This document shows positions 18,578 to 26,930 of a DNA stretch of 64,000 nucleotides, one piece after another. The stretch's first letter is position 1. Every line of letters starts with the position of its first letter. The notes beneath the pieces were generated by a model that ran no database searches, was not told the DNA's origin, and was given only the letters and a program-made list of their open reading frames with translations. The translations under genes and the position numbers were made by a program. Source of the DNA: Candidatus Doudnabacteria bacterium (lineage in GTDB: Bacteria; Patescibacteriota; Doudnabacteria; UBA920); contig JAHFJJ010000003.1 in NCBI GenBank assembly GCA_023245895.1, forward strand, positions 11,343-75,342, in the 5' to 3' direction.

Positions 18578-20026
18578 CTACGGTATGAACTTAAAATTGT
18601 CGTACTGCCAAATGTCAGAGGTGGGCTGGTTGGCGGGGTTTTCTTTAAAGTAGGCTTTGCGGTTTTTTACGGGAGTCCAGTCGGAGGGTTTGGAAACAAA
18701 GTCGCCAAGATAGGGTTTGGATAAATCAAGCACAAAATCGTGCGGCAAATCGTCGGGCAATTTTAACCCTTCATTCGGGTGGTCAAACATCCAAAGCACG
18801 GCCGACAAAACCCCAAGAGCCACTTGTAAGGTTGTAGCGTTTTGTCCCGGAGCCAGCCTTCTGGCTTCTTCTATGGTAAGGATGCTGCCGGTCCACCAGG
18901 AGTTGTAAGGGTGGCCCATTAACAGGGCGCCTAATTTGTCCGCGCCGGAAGTAATTTCGTCCTGCATAATCCTGATTTTCGGCTGGAGTTCGTAGTTGCG
19001 GCCGCGGAGTTCATACAAAGAAGCCAGGGTTTCGTGGCAGGTCATGTAAGCGTAGTGTACGGTGGGGCGATAAACGGCCTTGTCCCCTTCCCAAACAGTC
19101 AGGCGGTCGGAAAGCCCAAAAGCTTCGCCGTGGCGGATGACCATGCCGACAATTTCTTCATCCGGCACCCAAGACCTGACCAAAGTGTTAATGCCCATTT
19201 GCGCCAAAAAGATTTGGTTCTTAGGACCAATGGGCGGGACGTGAGCAAGCTCGGGCAGTTTTCCTTCATGGGTGCCCCAGCCCATTTCCGCAGGGGCCGT
19301 GCCTTCTTCACGCAAGCCTTCTATGCTCCAGGTGCCTACGAATTCATCCACTTCTTTGGGTTTGTTGGTGACTTGGGTGTCGCGTTCGCTGCAGTGAATA
19401 GTTTTAACGCCTAATTTTTGCGCAAGTTTGTTAAATTGAAGGTCTTTTAGGTATTGTTGGATAAGTTCTTTATCTGCTCCGGCGGCTTTTCCATCGCTAA
19501 TCATTTGATTGGCAATGTCTACCAAGCCTTGTTTAACAAAGTGGGAAATAAGCCCGGGGTTTGCCCCATGGTCAACGACTACGCTGGTAGCATTCTTCCA
19601 ATCTTTGGTCATTTCCCTAAGTTTCATTTGCCTAAAGTAGAGGGATTTTTCGTAGGGACTGTCTTTAAACAGGCCGCCTACGGAATCCCAAACTTCAACC
19701 GAGGTGTTAACATAAAAGACTTCATTGTCGTGGCACCAGCTAATTATTTCGCAAGCATCAATATTCCAGGCCAAGTCTATTAAAAGCCCGCCTTTGCCTA
19801 CATGTTTGCCCAAAATAGTGCGCAGGTTCTCCTGGGTGACCCTGTCCTGTACGAATTTTAAGCCTTTGTCCGTAAAGGGTTTTAAACTTTGGGCTTTGTC
19901 TTCAAAGTCCATTATGGTGACATTTTCGTAAGGCACGTCAATTTTATCAAAAAGGATGGGCAAAGTGCACTGGGACACTGAGCCGTAACCTAGAATCAAA
20001 ATCTTTCCGCTGAAAGGTTTTTTCAT
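18578..20026 (-). CDS. hss: Homospermidine synthase
   Basis: Matches to recalled bacterial HSS sequence across the full length: GYGSVSQCTLP (GFGSIGRGTLP), HCSERDTQV (HIAERDTQR), TWSIEGL...PAEMGWGTHE, YRPTVHYAY, APGQNATTLQVA. 482 aa. Confidence 0.8.
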   Translation of the reverse strand: MKKPFSGKILILGYGSVSQCTLPILFDKIDVPYENVTIMDFEDKAQSLKPFTDKGLKFVQDRVTQENLRTILGKHVGKGGLLIDLAWNIDACEIISWCHDNEVFYVNTSVEVWDSVGGLFKDSPYEKSLYFRQMKLREMTKDWKNATSVVVDHGANPGLISHFVKQGLVDIANQMISDGKAAGADKELIQQYLKDLQFNKLAQKLGVKTIHCSERDTQVTNKPKEVDEFVGTWSIEGLREEGTAPAEMGWGTHEGKLPELAHVPPIGPKNQIFLAQMGINTLVRSWVPDEEIVGMVIRHGEAFGLSDRLTVWEGDKAVYRPTVHYAYMTCHETLASLYELRGRNYELQPKIRIMQDEITSGADKLGALLMGHPYNSWWTGSILTIEEARRLAPGQNATTLQVALGVLSAVLWMFDHPNEGLKLPDDLPHDFVLDLSKPYLGDFVSKPSDWTPVKNRKAYFKENPANQPTSDIWQYDNFKFIP

Positions 20027-20470
20027 ATATGTGAGTTAGTTGATTATTGTCAGCTACCCGCCTTCTCCGCCTGAGGCGGATTCGGCGGGTTGTTCTCTAT
20101 TATAAATAAATTAAAGTGAACAAAAAAACAAATCCTTAAAGAATTTGTTAACGTTGAACTAAGCCATTGAGTTGACTTTGTAAGTTTTGGTTGTAGGGCT
20201 GTGAGTTTGCTATTCTTTCCAACTCCTTAAAAAATTAATAATACACATAATTTACAGTAAAGTTTTTAATTTGTCAACCCGGTAGAATCACATTGCAATT
20301 TATTGTAGAGAGTTTTTAAAATATTGGCAAGTTTTAACTTATATTTTGTAGTTTTGTTTGAAATGTAGCTCTACCGGGTCAAATATTTATTCTGCAGAAG
20401 TTGTAATTTTGTCTTTTGGCCGGGGTAGATGCCATGGCTTTGGGTATTTTGCCGTCTGGCGGAGCAGTAG

Positions 20471-20854
20471 TTATGACTTTAAAACTATTAACATGGCGAA
20501 TTTTTCTTTATGGAAGGTGTCAAAGCCCGCGCTTTGGAAAAGGGCTTTTGAGCCGGTAACAGTACAAACTTCGGCGATTTTTAGTTTTTTTGCCCTAGCT
20601 ACACAGGCGTCAATCAGTTTTTTGCCTATGCCTTGGCCCCTGTGGCCGGGATGTACCGCCAGACTGCGGACTTCGCACATCCTTTTTGAGTAAACTTGCA
20701 GGGCGCAGCAGCCAACAACCTCTCCATTTTTTTCCGCAACCACAAAAGACCTGTAGCTGGGCAGGTATTTTTGCATAAGCTTGTCCGGGAACATTTTAAT
20801 AAGCCCTAAGATTGCCGGCCGGTCTTGTTTTTTAGCGTTGCGAATTTTGTTCAT
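20471..20854 (-). CDS. GNAT family N-acetyltransferase
   Basis: VVGCCAL...HPGHRGQGIGKKLIDACV acetyl-CoA binding motif A. Confidence 0.7.
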   Translation of the reverse strand: MNKIRNAKKQDRPAILGLIKMFPDKLMQKYLPSYRSFVVAEKNGEVVGCCALQVYSKRMCEVRSLAVHPGHRGQGIGKKLIDACVARAKKLKIAEVCTVTGSKALFQSAGFDTFHKEKFAMLIVLKS

Positions 20855-20897
20855 TTTTTAGCTTTAATATTTAATCTGGCCAGGTTTTGGCGGAAAC

Positions 20898-22214
20898 TTA
20901 ATCCAGCCCGCGCATGGTCTTGCAGGTTTTGGTATATAGGTCGCGGAAAATATTGTTTGGGTCGGTTTGGGATTTTACTGTATTGTAATTCTGCTTGTTC
21001 CAAATTTTCCAGAATTCTTCCTCTGAATAAAAATTATTGGAAATCAGGGTCTTTATGCCCCCCAGGCGCATCAGCTCCTCTTCCATAAGCCTGTAGTAGT
21101 TAGTGCCTTTTTTTCTCGGCATGCCGTAAATGGCTATATCTATAAACAGTTCATCGCCGGGATTTTTATCAAATAATTCTTTAGATATCCATTCGTAGCG
21201 CCGGACAATTTTATAGGGCACCCACCACAGCGGGAAGAAACTCATTTCTTTTTGGTACCATTCGAAAAAGGCGGTGATTTTGGAAAAAGGGATAAACAAA
21301 TCAATGGTAACGGGTATCCTTTCCGGATTGATGAACCTGCGCAACTTAACCACCAAATTAAGCACATTGGTTGTCCCCATTATTTTGCCAAAAAATAACC
21401 TGCCCAAAAAAGATTTGGGAAAAACGTTGGTTACTCCCTGCTCGTAGCGGAAAAAATAGTCGGAGGTTTTTATATAATCTTCTTTGCGTTCTTTTGTACT
21501 AATGTAAAAAATCCTAAGCCAGTCGTATTTGTGGCTGTACGGAGCAGTATCTGCAAAATTCCCGATGCACAGCACCCATTCTTTGGGCGAATGGATAATG
21601 CCGTCCATAAAGTCCACATCGCGCGCTTTATAATGCCGCCACGTCGCCTCTTTGTAATCTTCCAAGCTGGTATATTTTTCGTAAGTCATTTTTACGAACG
21701 GCTTGGCCGGCACCAGCTTGAAGGTAAGTTTGGAAATAATGCCTAAGGTCCCAAAGGTGCCGTGCAGCATTTGGAAAATTAAGCTATTTTGGTTATCCGG
21801 CGCGCAAATAATGACATCGCCGACTGCGGTAATGACTTCGTATTCCAGGCAGGAATCGTGGAAGCCGCCGAATTTGTAGGACATTGACTCGAGCGTACCG
21901 CCGGCAACGCCGCCGCCAATAGTAATGGTCTTGAGCTCCGGCACGGTAAAAGGCGCTAAGCCGTGTTTGAGTGTGGCCTTTATTAGGTCTATAAAAGTAA
22001 CACCGGGTTCGGCAACGCAAATCCTTTTTTCAGGGTCAACTGAAATGATGTCGTTTAAGTCGCTTATATCTATCTTCTCGTCCAAATAGCGCCCGTCCTT
22101 GGGTTTTGGCACTTGGTGGGAAACGACTTTCTTTTTAAAAGATACCGGTTTTGTGCTTGTTCGATTTTTAAGTTCCGCGCAAATTCTATCTACTTTTTGT
22201 TCGTGGGATTGCAT
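20898..22214 (-). CDS. FAD-binding (PCMH-type) oxidoreductase
   Basis: FAD-binding domain motifs (PGVTFIDL, TIGGGVAGG), ~438 aa. Confidence 0.55.
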   Translation of the reverse strand: MQSHEQKVDRICAELKNRTSTKPVSFKKKVVSHQVPKPKDGRYLDEKIDISDLNDIISVDPEKRICVAEPGVTFIDLIKATLKHGLAPFTVPELKTITIGGGVAGGTLESMSYKFGGFHDSCLEYEVITAVGDVIICAPDNQNSLIFQMLHGTFGTLGIISKLTFKLVPAKPFVKMTYEKYTSLEDYKEATWRHYKARDVDFMDGIIHSPKEWVLCIGNFADTAPYSHKYDWLRIFYISTKERKEDYIKTSDYFFRYEQGVTNVFPKSFLGRLFFGKIMGTTNVLNLVVKLRRFINPERIPVTIDLFIPFSKITAFFEWYQKEMSFFPLWWVPYKIVRRYEWISKELFDKNPGDELFIDIAIYGMPRKKGTNYYRLMEEELMRLGGIKTLISNNFYSEEEFWKIWNKQNYNTVKSQTDPNNIFRDLYTKTCKTMRGLD

Positions 22215-22231
22215 TATTAAATTTTCTATTC

Positions 22232-22318
22232 TGGTGCCCGAGGAGGGAGTCGAACCCTCAATCCCTTACGGGCGACTGATCTTAAGTCAGTAGCGTATGC
22301 CAGTTCCGCCACTCGGGC
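22232..22318 (-). tRNA. tRNA-Leu (anticodon UAA), long variable arm, encoded CCA
   Basis: Manual fold of the reverse complement: acceptor gcccgag/ctcgggc, anticodon loop cTTAAga, 15-nt variable arm, T-arm gaggg-ttcgact-ccctc. Confidence 0.8.
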
Positions 22319-22389
22319 TAATTGAAATTATTCTTTTTAGTTTGCCCTTCGGCTTCGCTCAGGGCATAAAACTTGCTTCGCAAGTTCTA

Positions 22390-22464
22390 TGGAGGCGCAG
22401 ATGGGAATTGAACCCATGCATAGTCGTTTTGCAGACGACCGCGTTACCACTTCGCCACTGCGCC
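22390..22464 (-). tRNA. tRNA-Cys (anticodon GCA), encoded CCA
   Basis: Acceptor ggcgcag/ctgcgcc, anticodon stem gtcgt/acgac, loop ctGCAaa, T-arm atggg-ttcaatt-cccat. Confidence 0.8.
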
Positions 22465-22526
22465 TTATAGATCTTTAACTAATACATTTTAATCAAAAAC
22501 CTTGAATAATTCAATAGCCAAACTAA

Positions 22527-22560
22527 AACCCCCTCCCGGGAAACGGGAGAGGGTTTTTAA
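22527..22560 (-). terminator. Bidirectional hairpin terminator
   Basis: aaaaccccctcccgggaaacgggagagggttttt. Confidence 0.55.
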
Positions 22561-22563
22561 AAT

Positions 22564-23244
22564 TTAATTTATATTTTCAGGGAAGGTGGCCAGAGCGGTT
22601 ATGGTCTGGGCCAGTTCCTGCCTGTCAATTTCAGCCTGGCTGGTAATGGCTATTAGGTCGTTGTATTTCTTAGTGGCGCCGTTTATCCAGTTAGCGCTGC
22701 CCGGCTGTACGTACACGCCGTTCATTTTTTTGAAGGTGGTGTACTTTTCTTTGTAGATGGGTTTTTCAAGCAATTCAGTCAGGTCAATAAACCAGTCCAG
22801 CTTGGTTTGGTACTTTCTCCAGGTAGGTGTGCCCGGGGCTCCGCCCATCCCGCTGCAGTTGTTGTTGAAACAGTATTTGCCCATGTGGCTTTCAACGTAG
22901 CTAATGGCCAACGCTCTCTGCCACTGCGGCAGTTTGACCATTTCAGCCGCGTATTCTCCCAAAGGAGAATCGTTGTCTTTGAGGTATTGCTTTAAAGCAA
23001 TTACCAGAGGGTCATTTTGGGCGACAGTTTCAATTGTTAATAAATTTTGTTTTGGAGACTGGCTCAGAAGACCAGAGTCAGTTATTTTGATTTCAAAAAT
23101 TTGGTTCTGTTTTCCTACAGTCTGTAGTTCGGCGGCAAAGGCTAATCTGGGAAAAATTACCGGGATTAGCATGACCAGGGCGATTATACCGATTTTAGAT
23201 GAGCTCTGGTCAATGGCAGACTTAAGGCTAAAAAGAGCTTTCAT
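22564..23244 (-). CDS. Hypothetical secreted protein (signal peptide)
   Basis: N-terminal hydrophobic signal with AFA-AE cleavage-like site. No recognisable catalytic motif. Confidence 0.4.
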   Translation of the reverse strand: MKALFSLKSAIDQSSSKIGIIALVMLIPVIFPRLAFAAELQTVGKQNQIFEIKITDSGLLSQSPKQNLLTIETVAQNDPLVIALKQYLKDNDSPLGEYAAEMVKLPQWQRALAISYVESHMGKYCFNNNCSGMGGAPGTPTWRKYQTKLDWFIDLTELLEKPIYKEKYTTFKKMNGVYVQPGSANWINGATKKYNDLIAITSQAEIDRQELAQTITALATFPENIN

Positions 23245-23297
23245 TTATGTAAATCAAACTCCTTTCTACGGGCCAATCGTCCTCACTTCATTCGTCT

Positions 23298-23314
23298 GTC
23301 CGCCTAAGGCGGAC
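23298..23314. repeat. REP-like CCGCC-TNAG-GCGG hairpin (gtccgcctaaggcggac)
   Basis: Member of a recurring small palindrome family. Other copies at 1741-1775, 9658-9674, 14130-14159, 20057-20089, 33513-33550, 53536-53548. Confidence 0.7.
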
Positions 23315-23564
23315 GGGACTCATTACGTTTCGGACGTTGTCCCTTTCCCCAAATTTTCCAAAAGTAATGCTTGTAAGAAAATTTGGGGGCCCCATTTTTT
23401 AGGGGCTTTAAATGTTAAGGTAAATAAAAAAGTGCCGATAAGCACTTTCTTAACTATCATTATACTCCTTTTTGACCTCTTTTTCAAGGGCTTTTTGCCC
23501 TTTTATGGCTTATTTATAAGGTAAAACATTATTTTAGCCTAAGCCTAGGCCGTTTTGGGCAATT

Positions 23565-23595
23565 AAAAACCCCTTATTTATAAGGGGTTTTTAAT
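23565..23595 (-). terminator. Rho-independent terminator downstream of the 23634 gene
   Basis: aaaaaccccttatttataaggggttttt. Confidence 0.55.
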
Positions 23596-23633
23596 TCAAT
23601 TTCATTTACCAACCAGTTTAATCCTTTGACAGA

Positions 23634-25004
23634 CTAGTTGGTTAGGGGTGCAGGCTGTGGGGCTGTTGAGGCCGGGTCCATACCTGATTCCGTCATAATA
23701 TGCGGCCCGGAAGAGTAGCCTCCGGTGTTTCTGCCCAGACAAAAGGCCAGGTCGTATTGGTCTGTATTTAAAAGGCTGTAAGTGTAGGTATTTTCGGCCG
23801 TCGTGCAGGTGCCGTCAGCGGGCTCGGGCGCTGTGGGAAGCTGTTCTATATATTTGGGGGTAAGGCCGGATAAGTTTTCCGGATAAGCATTGTTGTCGTT
23901 GAAATAAAGTTCAAGCACGGAGCTAACTTGCCTGACATCTGCCAACCTTTGGGCATCGCGCGATGTTGACCGCGCGGAGTTAAGCGCCAGCAAGACCACG
24001 GACGCGATTAGTCCGCCAATAACAATTATGCCGCCAATTCCGCCCCAAATTGCCCAGCCCGTAATAGCCCCAATATACTTTCCGCCATCAGCGGCGGGTG
24101 CGGAATTTTTAACCTGCTTATAGAGCGTGTAAGAGTATGACAGCTGGAAGTAAGCGTAGAAGAATTGCCAGATGAATAAAACAATCCTTAAAAATATATT
24201 CACTCCCCAATTGCGGTTAAAAGCAAGCACGGCCTGCAGGACCATTGCCGGCACTATGTAAATTAAGTTTAGCAAAACTATCCTGCCGAAAACTTTCCAC
24301 CAGCGGCCGGCTACATAGGCTTTGCTTTGGGCAAGGGCGGCGCGGCCTTTTTTGCCTTCCGCAACCATTATCATTGGCGCAAAACAGTACCAGACCATAA
24401 AAATTATGCCCGGGATTATCAACAGCACAAACCCGCCTAGTGCTACAAGTTGAGTCAAAAGCCCAACCACAAGGAAACTGCCTATTAGCGGCCGCGCGCG
24501 TTTTAAGTTTTCTTTTATCCCGGTATTTTCATCGGCGTCCCTTAAGGCGGTAAAATAAGCAGTGGCTACCCAGAATATAGCGTAAAAAATAGCCACAACC
24601 CCAAGTACTGCAAAAATCAACAGCAGTATATTGGAAGCAATAGAACTGAATTTATGGACAATAAACCAGACAGTACCGGCAACAATAGAAAATGCCACCA
24701 GGCCTAAAATAGGCAAGAGGCCGGAGACAACCATAACTAAGATTCTTTTCTTCATCAATTCAAAGCTGTCTGAAAAAAGTCTGCCAATTTTGGGAAGCTC
24801 GGTACTCACCGGGCCGCTTACTGGCATAGGCACTCCTGATGCCGCGTGGGCAAAGCCTTCTTCCACGTCGGCCTGATGCCAGCCCTGGGCCAGCAAAGTG
24901 GAAGTTATCTGCTCTTTGCTGTGGCCCATCTGCTGTTGGTGCTTTATATAATCTATTAACTGTTGCGAGACCATAAATTTTTGTTTCCTTGGGCTTTTAC
25001 CCAA
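23634..25004 (-). CDS. Polytopic membrane protein with C-terminal type IV pilin/pseudopilin-like segment
   Basis: Several TM helices, then GGLIASVVLLALNSARSTSRDAQRLADVRQV. This resembles the mature N-terminal helix of type IV pilins but is internal and lacks the G|FTLIE processing site. Confidence 0.4.
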   Translation of the reverse strand: MGKSPRKQKFMVSQQLIDYIKHQQQMGHSKEQITSTLLAQGWHQADVEEGFAHAASGVPMPVSGPVSTELPKIGRLFSDSFELMKKRILVMVVSGLLPILGLVAFSIVAGTVWFIVHKFSSIASNILLLIFAVLGVVAIFYAIFWVATAYFTALRDADENTGIKENLKRARPLIGSFLVVGLLTQLVALGGFVLLIIPGIIFMVWYCFAPMIMVAEGKKGRAALAQSKAYVAGRWWKVFGRIVLLNLIYIVPAMVLQAVLAFNRNWGVNIFLRIVLFIWQFFYAYFQLSYSYTLYKQVKNSAPAADGGKYIGAITGWAIWGGIGGIIVIGGLIASVVLLALNSARSTSRDAQRLADVRQVSSVLELYFNDNNAYPENLSGLTPKYIEQLPTAPEPADGTCTTAENTYTYSLLNTDQYDLAFCLGRNTGGYSSGPHIMTESGMDPASTAPQPAPLTN

Positions 25005-25191
25005 TTTAGATAATCGTACTCTTATAGTTTAGCGGGATTTTTTAAAAAAGCAAACCCTAGCCTTATTTCAAACAAAAAACACCTGCGATTAAGAGATGTT
25101 TTTTGTGGAGCGGCTAACCCCAGTAGAAGCCCTCGGATGCACTCGTGCTTTACGGGGCGCAGGGGGAAAAGTTCCCTTACCTTAATCAAGC

Positions 25192-25222
25192 AAAAAGCCT
25201 CCACTTCATGTGGAGGCTTTTT
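25192..25222 (-). terminator. Rho-independent terminator after tRNA-Gly
   Basis: aaaaagcctccacttcatgtggaggcttttt perfect hairpin. Confidence 0.6.
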
Positions 25223-25225
25223 GCT

Positions 25226-25299
25226 TGGAGCGGCTAAGGGGAATTGAACCCCTGTCCATACCTTGGCAAGGTATTGTACTACCGTTGTACGATAGCCGC
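25226..25299 (-). tRNA. tRNA-Gly (anticodon GCC), encoded CCA
   Basis: Acceptor gcggcta/tagccgc, anticodon loop ttGCCaa, T-arm agggg-ttcaatt-cccct. Confidence 0.8.
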
Positions 25300-25429
25300 G
25301 CGTCGCAACTTGCTCCGGGCTTTCGGAATCAGCTAAGGCTAATTCCTCAGACCCTCCGCAGTTTCTCCTTTTCCCAAAAATCCCTTTGAGATTGCGTGGT
25401 TGGATTTTTGGGAACCCTGTAAGAAATTT

Positions 25430-25505
25430 TGGTGCCGGACCCCAGAGTCGAACTGGGCACGCCTGCCTCTTCAGGGCAGCGCTCTAACCGCTGAGCTAGC
25501 CCGGC
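25430..25505 (-). tRNA. tRNA-Phe (anticodon GAA), encoded CCA
   Basis: Acceptor gccgggc/gtccggc (one G-U), D-arm gctcagcggttagagc, anticodon stem ctgcc/ggcag, loop ctGAAga, T-arm cccag-ttcgact-ctggg. Confidence 0.8.
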
Positions 25506-26215
25506 ACAACTTTTGTTAATCTGAAGCTTCTTAGCTCAGGAAGACGAAGTTTTATTCTAGAACCAAAATCAATAGCGTTTTTGATTTTATCATGTTTTCT
25601 TTTTAAATACAATACTTCGTCTTTATAATACATAGCCTTAAAAAGGCTTACGCTATCCCCTTTTACATACTGCAATCCATATACTCCTGCGCCTCCGTGA
25701 TTTCTCAAAAGTCCTTTCACACCATAGAGTGTGGTTAGTCTTTTTTGCAACCATGCCAGAAAGTCTTTACTCGCAGAATAAAAGAAAATCTTGTAGCCAA
25801 AGCTGTTTGGCCAGCGTTTGTCCCAAAAAATATGGAAAGAGCCGTTTCCGTCAAATAAACCCCTTAAAAAGTCGGCAAAGTATTCATTTGGAACTAATAC
25901 TTGCTTAATAGTTTTGGACTTGGCGGATGTTAATCCTAAGGAGTTTAAAAATTTGTAGAAGTTTTTGTCCCCAAAGTCAATACGGAAATATTTTTTCTCT
26001 GTTTCCCCGCCCCTGGCGTACCTTCCGATTTTGTTGTTTAAAGAAAGAGCTTGTTTAAAGTTATTGACCATCTCTTCTTCTTTGGAACAAAAATTTATAT
26101 GTCTGCCGTCAGAATGTAAACTGCCATCGGAAGCAATTAAGCCAATTGCATAAGCAAGATTACATGACCATCCAGTTTTTACTTTATGTTTTAACTGGCC
26201 TCCGCGAGTTTGCAT
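25496..26215 (-). CDS. LAGLIDADG family homing endonuclease (two-motif, single-chain)
   Basis: Motif 1 LAYAIGLIASDGSL and motif 2 FLRGLFDGNGSF ~100 aa apart, 239 aa. Lies between tRNA-Val and tRNA-Phe. The last 10 nt overlap the 5' end of tRNA-Phe. Confidence 0.8.
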   Translation of the reverse strand: MQTRGGQLKHKVKTGWSCNLAYAIGLIASDGSLHSDGRHINFCSKEEEMVNNFKQALSLNNKIGRYARGGETEKKYFRIDFGDKNFYKFLNSLGLTSAKSKTIKQVLVPNEYFADFLRGLFDGNGSFHIFWDKRWPNSFGYKIFFYSASKDFLAWLQKRLTTLYGVKGLLRNHGGAGVYGLQYVKGDSVSLFKAMYYKDEVLYLKRKHDKIKNAIDFGSRIKLRLPELRSFRLTKVVPG

Positions 26216-26234
26216 AAATTTTTATTTTACACCG

Positions 26235-26309
26235 TGGTGGGCAATGTAGGGATTGAACCTACGGCCTACCCGGTGTAAACGGGTCGCTCTACCACTGAGC
26301 TAATTGCCC
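26235..26309 (-). tRNA. tRNA-Val (anticodon UAC), encoded CCA
   Basis: Acceptor gggcaat/attgccc, D-arm gctcagtggtagagc, anticodon loop ttTACac, T-arm gtagg-ttcaatc-cctac. Confidence 0.8.
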
Positions 26310-26453
26310 ATCATCAAATAACTTGCCAAGATAATATATCAAAATAATGCCTTTTTGGCAAGCCCGGTAATACAACTTTTAATATTTTTTAGCTGTATTA
26401 AAAATAAAAAATTTCGAACCTTTTCTGTAAGTAAAATTTAGTAATCAAAAAAA

Positions 26454-26768
26454 TTAAAAGTTGATATACCGGGCAAGAGTTTCGGAGAGCGTAAGAAACG
26501 CATTTATATCATCTTCCGGAGAAGACTTGCATCTTGCCTCGGCACCGCAATTTTGACATTGGTGGAGTATGTGGTAAATTCCTTTTTCCAAATCCAAACC
26601 CACGGGTTCCATTAAGCCGCCGCACGCCTCGGCGCGGTCGCCGGGATAGACATCCACATGTTTGCTCCACAGGCACTTGGGACAATGGTTGGTATAGCCG
26701 TTGCCTTTAACTTTTTTGCCGCAGTGGCCGCAGGTGAAATCTTCAATTGTCCTTATAAATTTTTTCAT
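26454..26768 (-). CDS. RNHCP domain-containing zinc-ribbon protein
   Basis: CGHCGKK...YTNHCPKC...CQNCG; RNHCP signature and cysteine pairs. Confidence 0.6.
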   Translation of the reverse strand: MKKFIRTIEDFTCGHCGKKVKGNGYTNHCPKCLWSKHVDVYPGDRAEACGGLMEPVGLDLEKGIYHILHQCQNCGAEARCKSSPEDDINAFLTLSETLARYINF

Positions 26769-26771
26769 AAC

Positions 26772-26832
26772 TTTACGAATACTAACGGGTACGAACGTAC
26801 GAATTCGTAAGTTCGTAAAGATTCGTACTTCG
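26772..26832. repeat. Cluster of TTCGTA/TACGAA short inverted and direct repeats
   Basis: acgggtacgaacgtacgaattcgtaagttcgtaaagattcgtacttcgtaaaat, read directly. Confidence 0.5.
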
Positions 26833-26930
26833 TAAAATCTATATTAGCACAATCTCTAGAATTTTGTTATTATAGAGGCAGAATTGGTTGGGCGGATTGG
26901 ATTCTCAAATCTTGTCAATTTTGCTCAATC

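Noticed and set aside
20358-20693. 111-aa plus-strand ORF overlapping the GNAT acetyltransferase gene
   Set aside because: The GNAT motifs on the minus strand are convincing. The plus ORF has no RBS.
25022-25204. 60-aa minus-strand ORF between the pilin-like gene and tRNA-Gly
   Set aside because: It overlaps the tRNA operon terminator hairpin and has no RBS, so it is probably non-coding spacer.
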